56,318 bases of DNA from Tubiluchus corallicola. Its lineage: Eukaryota; Animalia; Priapulida. The stretch lies in contig JAQGDQ010000280.1 of NCBI GenBank assembly GCA_030141605.1, positions 1-56,318 on the forward strand. Reading direction: 5' to 3'. Shown here piece after piece: positions 1 through 11,819 of the stretch. The translations under genes were made by a program, and so were the position numbers. Numbering within the stretch: the first letter of the stretch is position 1; each line of letters begins with the position of its first letter. A model generated the notes under the pieces. It made no database searches, was not told the DNA's origin, and saw only the letters and a list, made by a program, of their open reading frames with translations.

Positions 1-1348
1 AGACTCATTCTACGGCTTTTTGCAATAAAACAATGTACCTCAGACTAGTACAGTGTAAGACTCATTCTACGGCTTTTTGCAATAAAACAATGTACCTTAG
101 ACTAGTACAGTGTAAGACTCATTCTACGGCTTTTTGCAATAAAACAATGTACCTTAGACTAGTACAGTGTAAGACTTATTCTACGGCTTTTTGCAATAAA
201 ACAATGTACCTTAGACTAGTACAGTGTAAGACTTATTCTACGGCTTTTTGCAATAAAACAATGTACCTTAGACTAGTACAGTGTAAGAGTTATTCTACGG
301 CTTTTTGCAATAAAACAATGTACCTTAGACTAGTACAGTGTAAGAGTTATTCTACGGCTTTTTGCAATAAAACAATGTACCTTAGACTAGTACAGTGTAA
401 GAGTTATTCTACGGCTTTTTGCAATAAAACAATGTACTTAGACTAGTACAGTGTAAGACTTATTCTAGGCTTTTTGCAATAACAATGCCTCAGACTAGTA
501 CAGTGTAGACTCATTCTACGGCTTTTTGCAATAAAACAATGTACCTCAGACTAGTACAGTGTAAGACTCATTCTGGCTTTTTGCAATAAAACAATGTACC
601 TCAGACTAGTACAGTGTAAGACTCATTCTACGGCTTTTTGCAATAAAACAATGTACCTCAGACTAGTACAGTGTAAGACTCATTCTACGGCTTTTTGCAA
701 TAAAACAATGTACCTCAGACTAGTACAGTGTAAGACTCATTCTACGGCTTTTTGCAATAAAACAATGTACCTCAGACTAGTACAATGTAAGACTCATTCT
801 ACGGCTTTTTGCAATAAAACAATGTACCTTAGACTAGTACAGTGTAAGACTCATTCTACGGCTTTTTGCAATAAAACAATGTACCTTAGACTAGTACAAT
901 GTAAGACTTATTCTACGGCTTTTTGCAATAAAACAATGTACCTCAGATAAATACAATGTAAGACTTATTCTACGGCTTTTTGCAATAAAACAATGTACCT
1001 CAGACTAGTACAGTGTAAGACTCATTCTACGGCTTTTTGCAATAAAACAATGTACCTCAGACTAGTACAATGTAAGACTCATTCTACGGCTTTTTGCAAT
1101 AAAACAATGTACCTCAGACTAGTACAGTGTAAGACTCATTCTATGGCTTTTTGCAATAAAACAATGTACCTCAGACTAGTACAATGTAAGACTCATTCTA
1201 CGGCTTTTTGCAATAAAACAATGTACCTTAGACTAGTACAGTGTAAGACTTATTCTACGGCTTTTTGCAATAAAACAATGTACCTCAGATAAATACAATG
1301 TAAGACTTATTCTACGGCTTCTTGCAATAAAACAATGTACCTTAGACT
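1..1348. repeat. 57-bp minisatellite, about 23 copies, runs off the left edge
   Basis: Unit AAGACTCATTCTACGGCTTTTTGCAATAAAACAATGTACCTCAGACTAGTACAGTGT repeats head to tail; explains the repetitive ORFs at 33-1292. Confidence 0.97.
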
Positions 1349-1584
1349 TTAAGTTCTGTATTATCTTCATACACAGCGAAAGTTCTGAACCAGCAGTGCA
1401 AATGACAGGCACATAAAGCTTGTAAATTAAAAACTTGTAATTGCAGAAAAACTTCCACTACAACTTTGTTACCAACACCGTACATTTTTGCAAAAACAGA
1501 AGCTAACAATAACAGTGTCTTCTGTTTGACATTTCAGACCAAATGAATAAATATAAAGAGTACTAACTATGTAAAGAAAATTAA

Positions 1585-2090
1585 AGGAAAACCGGGTGAT
1601 TGTGTAAAGATGAGTTCAGAATAAAGAATGCTCTAAAATATTGAAAACTACAACAGCTTTTTTAAAATCAAAGCTTAGATTAAATAATAATTACCTCGGA
1701 TACTCGGATAATTTTGTTAAACTTTCAAATCTACGCGCGGCTCCGTGAATATACTAAGATTGGCAGCGGCGCCTTTTTGTCACATGCGCGTGGGTGACAA
1801 ATAGAAGGCGGTACCATGATAACCACGAACATGAACTGCAGTGTTAGTTTCTGACGTCATATGATGTAGAGCCCATTTTTCGTGATATCATACATTTAAG
1901 CAGTAACACTTACGCAAACGTGCTTGACGCGCAAGGGAAGACGCCTGCCATTGCACAAACTTTGGTTAGTTTCTGACGTAAGCAATAGCTGTGTTCGGTT
2001 GCCGTTAATTAACTTTCTACGCTAATTATTCAAATATTCAAAGGAACAATTGTTAACTTTTATAGGCGATGAAATGTATAACAATGAAAT
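1585..2090 (+). mobile_element. Truncated copy of the TTAA-flanked MITE at 2621-3220
   Basis: Starts TTAA|AGGAAAACCGG and aligns by eye with about 2621-3165; the right TIR is missing. Confidence 0.75.
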
Positions 2091-2620
2091 ATATACAACA
2101 GTTTGTATTTAAGCATGTAGAAGTGTTTTCATGTGTATATAATGTGTAATACGTAATGAGTGATGCGTGATTCGTAATGCGTATACAACAGTTTGTATTT
2201 AAGCATGTAGAAGTGTTTTCTATTTAAGTTTTTGAGAGGTGGAAGAAGCATGTAGTGATGTGTTGTGCATCTAACTGCTGTCCTTTCACTAACTCATGAT
2301 ACGTGCCATATTGTCCTCTCCTCTACAAAATGTTGTGCAACCAAAACCTGTGGTTTCTTTTCCGTCTAATCGTACAATAATGAGCTAATGACGCAACTGC
2401 AATCATCACGCTTGAATTACGTCACAGACTTGGTTTCCAAAAAACATCGCCTGGAATTTTCACGAATAACGACCAAAAATGGCGGAAAGACCGTCGTGAG
2501 CTTTGTTAATACCTGTAGCGTTTACGGACACATGGAAGCAGACAATACGCATCGCGCATTTCGTATCACATATCACGCATTACGCATTACGTGCGCACGG
2601 AGTCGGAGCTTTACGATTAA

Positions 2621-3220
2621 AGGAAAACCGGATGATTGTGTAAACACGAGTTCAGAATAAAGAATGCTCTAAAATATTGAAAACTACAATAACTTATTTT
2701 AAATCAAAGCTTAGATTAAATAATAATTACCTCAGATACTCAAATTTTGTTAAACTTTCAAAGCTACGTGCGGCTCAGTGAATCTACTAAGATTGGTAGC
2801 AGCGTCTTTTTGTCACATTCGCGTGGCCAACAAATAGAAGGTAGTACCGTGATAACCATGATCATGAACTGTAGTGTTAGTTTCTGACGTCATATGATGG
2901 GGGGTAAGCATGATCATGAACTGCAGTGTTAGTTTCTGACGTCATATGACGTAGACTTCATTTTCGTGACATCATGCATTTAAACAGTACTGCAACACTT
3001 ATGCAAATGTGCTTGACGCACAAAGGAAGGCGCCTGCCATTGCACAAACTGTGGTTAATTTCTGACGTAAGCAGTAGCTGTGTTCGGTTGCCGTTTATTA
3101 ACTTTCTAAGCTAATTATTCAAATATAAGCAACAATTGTTAACTTTTATAAGCAAGAAAATGTATATTTTGGACAATAAATTAAAATGAGATTGAGTCTA
3201 AACAATCGTCCGGTCTTCCT
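2621..3220. mobile_element. Non-autonomous DNA transposon (Kolobok-type MITE), 600 bp
   Basis: TTAA at 2617-2620 and 3221-3224; imperfect TIRs AGGAAAACCGGATGATTGT / ACAATCGTCCGGTCTTCCT. A TTAA TSD with 5'-AG termini is characteristic of Kolobok. Confidence 0.75.
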
Positions 3221-3263
3221 TTAAAGCAGTGAGGATTTCATATTATAGACATCAGGTACATAC

Positions 3264-3332
3264 CGTAACCACACTTCTTGCAAACTCCCCGGACAGCATC
3301 AGACTTCTGATTTGTTAGTTTAGCTAAGACAC
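3264..3332 (-). CDS. SREK1IP1: SREK1-interacting protein 1, second coding exon (start of zinc knuckle); later exons not found, presumably left of the window
   Basis: ttttatcttcttttacag| 69 nt |gtatgt, phase 1/1; translates (G)VLAKLTNQKSDAVRGVCKKCGY, matching the recalled family motif [20 protein letters not shown]. Confidence 0.85.
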
Positions 3333-3405
3333 CTGTAAAAGAAGATAAAATTATTTTTAGGAAACTTTTTTGATAACAACTTAAACAAAATTGCACTTCT
3401 TCTTT

Positions 3406-3690
3406 GACCAGACGGCTTAGCCTTGTGGTAATGCGTCTGCTTTCTGTCTGGGAGGTTGTGAGTTCGAACCAGCGGACGGGTCATACCAAGGACTTTAAAA
3501 ATGGTACCTGCTGTTGCCCTGCCTGACGCGCGGTATTTAGGGTAAATGTGGGGTAATAATACTCTCTGTTATGTAGTTGTAGGTTGTTATTTACAGTCGG
3601 CGATAATAGGTTTTTGAGCTAATGTTAATTGTTGACCCAAAAGCCGACTTTAAATAAAGATTCTTCTTCTTCTTCTTCTTCTTCTTATTA
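3406..3690 (+). mobile_element. tRNA-derived SINE with Meta-like central domain and (TTC)n tail
   Basis: A-box-like TAGCCTTGTGG, B-box-like GAGTTCGAACC, then GGGTCATACCAAGGACTTTAAAAATGGTACCTGCTG (resembles the MetaSINE core as recalled), AATAAA and (TTC)n. Confidence 0.75.
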
Positions 3691-3943
3691 CACATCTGAA
3701 AGCACTATACATCAAATGAAGCTATGAAACAATTCTACAATTTAAAATTTCTTTTTCTAAACAAACCTGATTAGATGTTGCAGTAGAACCCGTGCCAGAG
3801 TAAAAATAGAGCAAGAAATATTAACTTCAACATTTAACTTATGCAGAACACAAGTAATATCATGTAAACTTCACAAGAAAAGAACATTTAGTTTATGAAA
3901 GAGTTACATTTCCATACATAAGGTAATGCTACATAGTAAAAAT

Positions 3944-4035
3944 CAGGGATGAGAATGACAAATTGCAAAAAACTCTGAAACAGGCCGGGGGTTTTGGGGC
4001 TATATAGATATACACGTGGTTACACTGATGTAACA
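3944..4035 (+). mobile_element. Internally deleted fragment of the hAT-type MITE at 10536-11055
   Basis: CAGGGATGAGAATGACAAATT...GGCCGGGGGTTTTGGGG matches 10536-10591, then jumps to sequence matching about 10860-10890. Confidence 0.7.
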
Positions 4036-4347
4036 TAACGCTATACATAATAGCAGTGAAAACGGAATGTCTTTGCCTATTTCTTGACTCAAAGGCTTAA
4101 TCCTAGTCAGCTTATGGGACAACACGGCACTCACTCAGTAAGATTTACAACCAAGATTTTTCTTCTTATGAAAACTTGACACATGCAAATCGTATCAGTG
4201 GTTTGCTTCTAGTTAAACCTGGATGCAGCAGCGTATTATTCACTTTACACAGATTCTTAGTCTTTTAATGACGAACGAAGGAGAGAAGAAAAAAGAAGAA
4301 AAGAAAGTAAACAAGTTAGATGGGTTTTATCAAAAATTTTCTTAGTC

Positions 4348-6095
4348 AACGTTACTATGCTCTAGTTCTAGAAAGGAGTCAAGTTCTCATGTTTTGCTGG
4401 ATAGGTTGATCTAAAGCTGAAACGTTACTATGCTCTAGTTCTAGAAAGGAGTCAAGTTCTCATGTTTTGCTGGACAGGTTGATCTAAAGCTGAAATGTTA
4501 CTATGCTCTAGTTCTAGAAAGGAGTCAAGTTCTCATGTTTTGCTGGACAGGTTGATCTAAAGCTGAAACGTTACTATGCTCTAGTTCTAGAAAGGAGTCA
4601 AGTTCTCATGTTTTGCTGGTCAGGTGGATTTAAAGCTGAAACGTTACTATGCTCTAGTTCTAGAAAGGAGTCAAGTTCTCATGTTTTGCTGGACAGGTTG
4701 ATCTAAAGCTGAAACGTTACTATGCTCTAGTTCTAGAAAGGAGTCAAGTTCTCATGTTTTGCTGGTCAGGTGGATCTAAAGCTGAAACGTTACTATGCTC
4801 TAGTTCTAGAAAGGAGTCAAGTTCTCATGTTTTGCTGGTCAGGTGGATTTAAAGCTGAAACATTACTATGCTCTAGTTTTAGAAAGGAGTCAAGTTCTCA
4901 TGTTTTGCTGGACAGGTTGATCTAAAGCTGAAACGTTACTATGCTCTAGTTCTAGAAAGGAGTCAAGTTCTCATGTTTTGCTGGTCAGGTGGATCTAAAG
5001 CTGAAACGTTACTATGCTCTAGTTCTAGAAAGGAGTCAAGTTCTCATGTTTTGCTGGTCAGGTGGATCTAAAGCTGAAACGTTACTATGCTCTAGTTCTA
5101 GAAAGGAGTCAAGTTCTCATGTTTTGCTGGTCAGGTTGATCTAAAGCTGAAACGCTACTATGCTCTAGTTCTAGAAAGGAGTCAAGTTCTCATGTTTTGC
5201 TGGTCAGGTTGATCTAAAGCTGAAACGTTACTATGCTCTAGTTCTAGAAAGGAGTCAAGTTCTCATGTTTTGCTGGTCAGGTTGATCTAAAGCTGAAACG
5301 CTACTATGCTCTAGTTCTAGAAAGGAGTCAAGTTCTCATGTTTTGCTCAGGTTGATCTAAAGCTGAAACGTTACTATGCTCTAGTTCTAGAAAGGAGTCA
5401 AGTTCTCATGTTTTGCTGGTCAGGTTGATCTAAAGCTGAAACGCTACTATGCTCTAGTTCTAGAAAGGAGTCAAGTTCTCATGTTTTGCTGGTCAGGTTG
5501 ATCTAAAGCTGAAACGTTACTATGCTCTAGTTCTAGAAAGGAGTCAAGTTCTCATGTTTTGCTGGTCAGGTGGATTTAAAGCTGAAACGTTACTATGCTC
5601 TAGTTCTAGAAAGGAGTCAAGTTCTCATGTTTTGCTGGACAGGTTGATCTAAAGCTGAAACGTTACTATGCTCTAGTTCTAGAAAGGAGTCAAGTTCTCA
5701 TGTTTTGCTGGTCAGGTGGATCTAAAGCTGAAACGTTACTATGCTCTAGTTCTAGAAAGGAGTCAAGTTCTCATGTTTTGCTGGTCAGGTGGATCTAAAG
5801 CTGAAACGTTACTATGCTCTAGTTCTAGAAAGGAGTCAAGTTCTCATGTTTTGCTGGTCAGGTGGATCTAAAGCTGAAACGTTACTATGCTCTAGTTCTA
5901 GAAAGGAGTCAAGTTCTCATGTTTTGCTGGTCAGGTGGATCTAAAGCTGAAACGTTACTATGCTCTAGTTCTAGAAAGGAGTCAAGTTCTCATGTTTTGC
6001 TGGTCAGGTGGATCTAAAGCTGAAACGTTACTATGCTCTAGTTCTAGAAAGGAGTCAAGTTCTCATGTTTTGCTGGTCAGGTAGATCTAAAGCAG
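4348..6095. repeat. 73-bp minisatellite, about 24 near-identical copies
   Basis: Unit AACGTTACTATGCTCTAGTTCTAGAAAGGAGTCAAGTTCTCATGTTTTGCTGGWCAGGTKGATCTAAAGCTGA. Confidence 0.97.
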
Positions 6096-6234
6096 AAGGC
6101 CATGAATGAAATACAGTTAGAAGAGAGTTTGATTAACGAGTTACAGATTCTTTCTTTAAAAGTGGAGTCACATTTTCTTAAAGCTTTGTTATGAACATAA
6201 AAATTTACATAGGCCAAGTTCACGAGTACCTCTT

Positions 6235-6605
6235 TTTGACCAAACAGTCTGCAGAAAAAACGTTCTAGCGGCACCTGGTTGGACTCTCGGAAGGAGATAT
6301 ACGGCTCTTTAGAAAGAGGAAGAACAGGGCTACACGATGATGTAGGCTGCATGTTAGGATAGGTCCACTTAGAGGGACCTAAGTATCGGCGAGTTAATTA
6401 GATGTTCTATTTTCGGCAATTTTCGCATAGAAAACTGCTGATGCAAAGCCATTGTAGTGACGTCATCCATTGTACTCTGTCTATAACTTTATAGCTTTAA
6501 TTCAGTAAAAGCTGCTACTACTGGCTTTGCGTTAGATAAATAAGCGAACACTAGGTAGTATGTTCGCGTATTGTTGATTATACGTGTAAATTTATACGCA
6601 AAATT
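6235..6605 (+). repeat. Interspersed repeat, copy A (inverted relative to 16633-16990)
   Basis: CAAACAGTCTGCAGAAAAAACGTTCTAGCGGC...GAGTTAATTAGATGTTCTATTTTC...AAAACTGCTGATGCAAAGCCATTGT is present as reverse complement at 16633-16990. Confidence 0.85.
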
Positions 6606-8220
6606 TTCTTGCGGGGCCTTTGCTAGTGTTAACATGCCTAGTTAAGCTCTTCCACTGAGAGCAACCTTTAAAAATAGCAAAGTCATCAATCACATCTTCC
6701 CTGCCTTACATTGACTGATGAAAAAGTGGGTTACTTCAACTTATCAAAAGTCTCAGTGACTGTCTAATAAACCTGTTTTCAAGAGCTCTCTAAACGCCTT
6801 GATCCCATTTAAACGTTGATCCCAGCTGAACAAGCTGGTCACTTCTCTGACAAATTCACTCAGCTGGTCACTTCAGATTTCTAATTAACTGTTAAGCATC
6901 GGAAAACTATGCATATTCATTTCAAGTCGTGTGACGATTTTTTGCTACAGAGCATCACTTACCGACTACATACAAAGATCTACACAATTTAAAAAAATTA
7001 TATTGTTTTTCAATAATTCTATACGTCGATACGTAGATGTACTGGAGGATTTTTATAATTTGTGGCAGATCTACAGTGTATAACCCACCTGTTACATTTG
7101 GTAAAGCAAAAAAAAATCGTTACAAATAAAGCTTAAAAATGGCCTTGAAATGTTAAATCACTTACATGGTGTCATATTGCACACAGAGCTAGCAGCAACA
7201 CTATACAAAACTTGAAAATTGAAACTCCTGTAAAGACCATTAGGTGCAGCCATTTTAACTTTGAAATAAGTTTAAATAATGGTGCATAATGTTATCAAAA
7301 TAATCAACGTTTCGTCGTACATTTTTTGCTAACTATGCAAAAGTATAAAATATTGTACATAGTCAGTAACAGCAATAATAAGTTTTTTCGTGAATCAGTG
7401 GTGCACACTGGGATGGCGACGCGGTGGCGTTTTACCAGGTGGCACAAACATTTCTTTTTCAATTACATAAGTCTTTTAAACAGGTAAGCATAAAACTAAT
7501 ATAACTTTGCTTGGAAAGTTCTTTGAGATATACCTTAAAATTCTGTTTCTTCTCCTTTAAATTTTCTTGGTTTAGCTGAAATATCCATAAATGTCTCTAC
7601 TTTGATTTTAAATCACGGGAGTTTTGTTCACAATTTTTCACTATAAATGAATTCGATGGTTACCACTATTGGTTACTACGATGTCGTTCGAATCTTTAAC
7701 GTTACCTGAACACATCTGTCACGGTTGTTTGCTTTTTATTTTATTCCTCTTGGAGTCAGTATAGTATAGAATCACAACTTATTTACAGTTATTAAAAAGT
7801 GCAAAAAGAATGGTAAATTGCAATAATAGCAATGAACCAGCAATGAAACAAGCTAACTTCAGTAATATGCTATGCTACACATATATAATGTAATTTTTTA
7901 AAATTAAATGCAGTACAGCAATGACTGCATATTACACAAACGTGATATTACACAGTTACTTATGATTTTATTGTTATCGTATGGTATTCGTTGCAAATCT
8001 GAAACGTATGGTTGCAATTCAGATTTGACTCGTCGGAAAAGTCGTACCTACATCTCCACTAGGTCCCAACCAGTAAACTCCCATGGGTGGAGGCCAATGT
8101 AGGACGCCATCATCTTTTGGTGACACTGAACTGCCAGGAGTGGTCCCTGCAGCAAGAGCAAGCTGTTGAAACATGCTCAATTGTAGGTTGCAGTCTGGCC
8201 TTGACCTCGTCACAGGCAGA

Positions 8221-8310
8221 GGTTGACCTCGTAGCCTCTCAGACTGGTCGTACTCCTAGCCGTCCGGGGTGCCAACCGGACACATTCCGGCGACAAGTGG
8301 CTAAAAGGAG
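8221..8310 (+). ncRNA. Candidate degenerate HDV-like ribozyme
   Basis: Hand fold: P1 GGTTGAC/GCCAACC (1 mismatch), P2 CTCCT/AGGAG, P3 GCC/GGT, P1.1 CC/GG, P4 CAC...GTG, J4/2 GCTAA. L3 is atypical. Confidence 0.35.
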
Positions 8311-8466
8311 ATGCACATACCTCATGGCGACCCAACGTCATGGTTGGATAGGGGGAAAGAAACAGCCAAGCTGCTGTGTCCCGGGCTTTGGACCACTCTA
8401 CTTTAGGTTGACTACCTTTAGTGGCAGAACCAGTTATCAGTTGGCAAAAATGATAAAGACAATGCT

Positions 8467-9478
8467 GGTGGGGTACATGGAAATGACGAGGCAGAGCGAG
8501 ATGCCGATGGGGTACATGGAAATGACGAGGCAGAGCGAGATGCCGGTGGGGTACATGGAAACGACGAGGCAGAGCGAGATGCCGATGGGGTACATGGAAA
8601 CGACGAGGCAGAGCGAGATGCCGGTGGGGTACATGGAAACGAAGAGGCAGAGCGAGATGCTGGTGGGGTACATGGAAACGACGAGGCAGAGCGAGATGCC
8701 GGTGGGGTACATGGAAACGACGAGGCAGAGCGAGATGCCGATGGGGTACATGGAAACGAAGAGGCAGAGCGAGATGCCGGTGGGGTACATGGAAACGAAG
8801 AGGCAGAGCGAGATGCCGGTGGGGTACATGGAAACGACGAGGCAGAGCGAGATGCCGGTGGGGTACGTGGAAACGACTAGGCAGAGCGAGATGCCGATGG
8901 GTACGTGAAACGACAAGGCAGAGCGAGATGCCAGTGGGGTACGTGGAAACGACTAGGCAGAGCGAGATGCCGGTGAGGTACATGGAAACGACGAGGCAGA
9001 GTGAGATGCCAGTGGGGTACATGGAAACGACAAGGCAGAGTGAGATGCCGGTGGGGTACGTGGAAACGACTAGGCAGAGCGAGATGCCGGTGGGGTACAT
9101 GGAAACGACTAGGCAGAGCGAGATGCCGGTGGGGTACATGGAAACGACGAGGCAGAGCGAGATGCCGGTGGGGTACATGGAAACGACGAGACAGAGCGAG
9201 ATGCCGGTGGGGTACGTGGAAACGACTAGGCAGAGCGAGATGCCGGTGGGGTACATGGAAACGACTAGGCAGAGCGAGATGCCGGTGGGGTACATGGAAA
9301 CGACGAGGCAGAGCGAGATGCCGGTGGGGTACGTGGAAACGACTAGGCAGAGCGAGATGCCGGTGGGGTACGTGGAAACGACTAGGCAGAGCGAGATGCC
9401 GATGGGGTACGTGGAAATGACAAGGTAGAGTGAGATGCCAGTGGGGTACATGGAAACGACAAGGCAGAGCGAGATGTC
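8467..9478. repeat. 39-bp GC-rich minisatellite, about 26 copies
   Basis: Unit GTGGGGTACATGGAAACGACGAGGCAGAGCGAGATGCCG; gives repetitive ORFs on both strands. Confidence 0.96.
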
Positions 9479-10535
9479 TCGGCATCAACTTTCGGTTCGG
9501 ACAAAGAGACTAGAACAATGATAACACTGAATTTCCCATATAAAGTTCTTAGTCAGTCAATTCAGTCAAGCCAGGTGGCATCAAAAATGATGATTTGCAC
9601 CTCTCCATTCGCTTGCAGGACTTGTGTATACATAACTGCACAGTGCACGCCTAGTTTATTTTTATAAATATCACAAAAAATTGACTTGTTTACAATATTT
9701 ATTTAGTTAGTAATCATGGGCAATTAGTCTTTCGGTGGATAAACCAACCCTTAACACACTATTCAATTACCGATCGATGAGCTGATCATAACCAGTGTAA
9801 AACCTGTTCAATTTTTTAAACTGACTGTAGCTGAAAAATTCGTAGGTTCTAATTTTATCAATGCCAAAGATTTATGCTACAAACTGAATGTGGCTAGTTG
9901 CACTTTGGTTGGTAAATTTAACGATTTGCATCACAAGTTCAGCTCATTGATACATGTAATGTAAAGTTCAGTTCACTGATAAAACTGACAAAAGCAGCCA
10001 AGCTGTGATTACTACATCGTTCAAGAATTTTCTAACTATCTACGTCACATGCTTTCATGAAAATGACAGCTCTAAAACTTAACGAAATGCAAAGAAAAAC
10101 AATATGGTTACTTCTGCTGATAAAAATAACAACAACAATAAGAAAATTAATATTACTTGTACCAAACGCAACATTTTAAAGAACATTACAAAACATTAAC
10201 ACTTCTTGTAGTACAAATACATTACACAAAAGATTGTACATAACGCGTAATAGACTATACAATATACACTACACTAAAAGTTTAGCAATCTTAAGGTGGT
10301 ATATCAACACAGAATGACAGATTGACATTTAAAGTATGCAATATCAATTAAGCAGTGCAGAACTCTAGACAGAAAATAATCTATAGTTACATTTAAGCGG
10401 TTGAACAAATGTCCATTGTACTGAAGATCAGAGAAATATTATTCAAACTTTACAAAAACTTTCTAAAATGTTTCAATTAAGATAAGTGAAATACATATTG
10501 AGCCAACATGGCGAACATTCAATACATAGCTAATA

Positions 10536-11055
10536 CAGGGATGAGAATGACAAATTACAAAAAACTCTGAAACAGGCCGGGGGTTTTGGGGCCACCTAGG
10601 CCCCCAATGGGGTTCAAGGAAAGTCCCCTTGGAGCCAGCAACAAATTGCAATTTTGTGACCATAGAGAACCTCTAAGTGGACTTAAAATATCAGTTACCT
10701 TGTTTCATGCATAATTTAAAATACCCAACTATCAAGGATACATGATACCTAATTGTCTCAAAAACGCCTAAGTACTGGCCGCTCCTATGTAAAAGTATAT
10801 AAAAACTGTCTGCAACTGACTCAAATAACTCTGCACAATTGATTCTATATTTTTATACATAGAGATATACATGCGGTTACGCTGATGTACGTGATGTAAA
10901 CAAAGTGACGGCCTGCCAACTAGCGGTCAGCTTGTGAAATAATGTACTGGGTCCGTAAAAATTTTCTCAACGAATTTACGCGATTTACAAAAATGGCACT
11001 ACTGGTCTTCCAAAAACTCGGAATTCCGCGTATCCACGGAAACTTCTCATCCCTG
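10536..11055. mobile_element. hAT-type MITE, 520 bp
   Basis: TIRs CAGGGATGAGAA / TTCTCATCCCTG; 8-bp TSD AGCTAATA / AGCTTATA (1 mismatch). Confidence 0.85.
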
Positions 11056-11238
11056 AGCTTATATACTTAACCACACTACTGCCATCTGCGATTTTTGAAA
11101 CAAGCATCATGAAGCATGTAGAAATTCGTCAAGTGGATCGTAAGTCATTACAGTAAAACCGACAAACACTAATACCTAGTTCACAGGTTAAAACTAACTT
11201 ACCTTCAATTTTCTTTAATATGACAATTTAATCACGTA

Positions 11239-11724
11239 ACCTAGCCACAGGGGGGGGGGTAAGCCAGCCCAACTCAGTGCCGGTCCCAAACCCGGTTAAA
11301 TAGGGAGGGTTAGGGTCAGGAAGGGCATCCGCCTGTAAAAACTGTGCCAAAACCTTCTATGAATGAGTCGGTGAGACTTAAAGGTAAAGTCCACAAAGAA
11401 GTGGTCAGACCCGCTCTAATCTATGGGCTGGAAGCAGCTTCTCTAAAGAAGACCGAAGAGAAGAAAATGGGTGTGGTGGAGATGAGGATGTTGAGATGGA
11501 TGGTGGGAATAACAAGAGATAAAATTAGAAATAATAATATCAGAGGAACAGTAAAAGTAGTGGAAGCCTCGCAAGATTGCGATGGTATGGACACCTGAAA
11601 AGAAGAGTCGGTGAAGATCATGTGGGAAGGGAAGACATAAATGAAGAGATGGTCAACAACAGGAATGCGTGGAGAAGACTCATTCACAACGGCGACCCCG
11701 CATAGGGAAAAGCTGGGAAGAAGA
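11239..11724 (+). mobile_element. Bipartite internally deleted RTE-clade retroelement (5'UTR plus ORF 3' end) with a twister ribozyme relic
   Basis: 5' GCCGGTCCCAAACCCGG...GAGGG...AGGAAGGGCATCCG; coding relic LKGKVHKEVVRPALIYGLE...EMRMLRWMVG...IRNNNIRG typical of RTE C-termini; flanking direct repeats TGACAATTTAATCACGTA (11221) / TGATAATTTAATCAGGTA (11725). Confidence 0.85.
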
Positions 11725-11819
11725 TGATAATTTAATCAGGTATTTGCTAATTATCAAGGGCTCGTTGTATTAAAATTGATTAATTTAAAGGTGACAAAAA
11801 GATAAATTTATACACAATA

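Noticed and set aside
33-1292. Repetitive ORFs, or a CRISPR-like array
   Set aside because: Pure 57-bp tandem units with no unique spacers, in eukaryotic context; the ORFs follow from a unit length divisible by three.
1341-1480. Possible SREK1IP1 exon 3 ending at an AG|GTACAT donor-like site
   Set aside because: No frame gives the expected GHLTF.CRN motif.
7166-7175. Alternative SREK1IP1 start exon ATGACACCAT|gtaagt (phase 1)
   Set aside because: Frame-compatible, but lacks similarity to the MAVPG-type start and is far from CWC27; kept only as a fallback.
8087-9488. Long ORFs of 139-413 aa on both strands
   Set aside because: Products of the 39-bp minisatellite, with a frameshift near 8900 and no recognisable domain.
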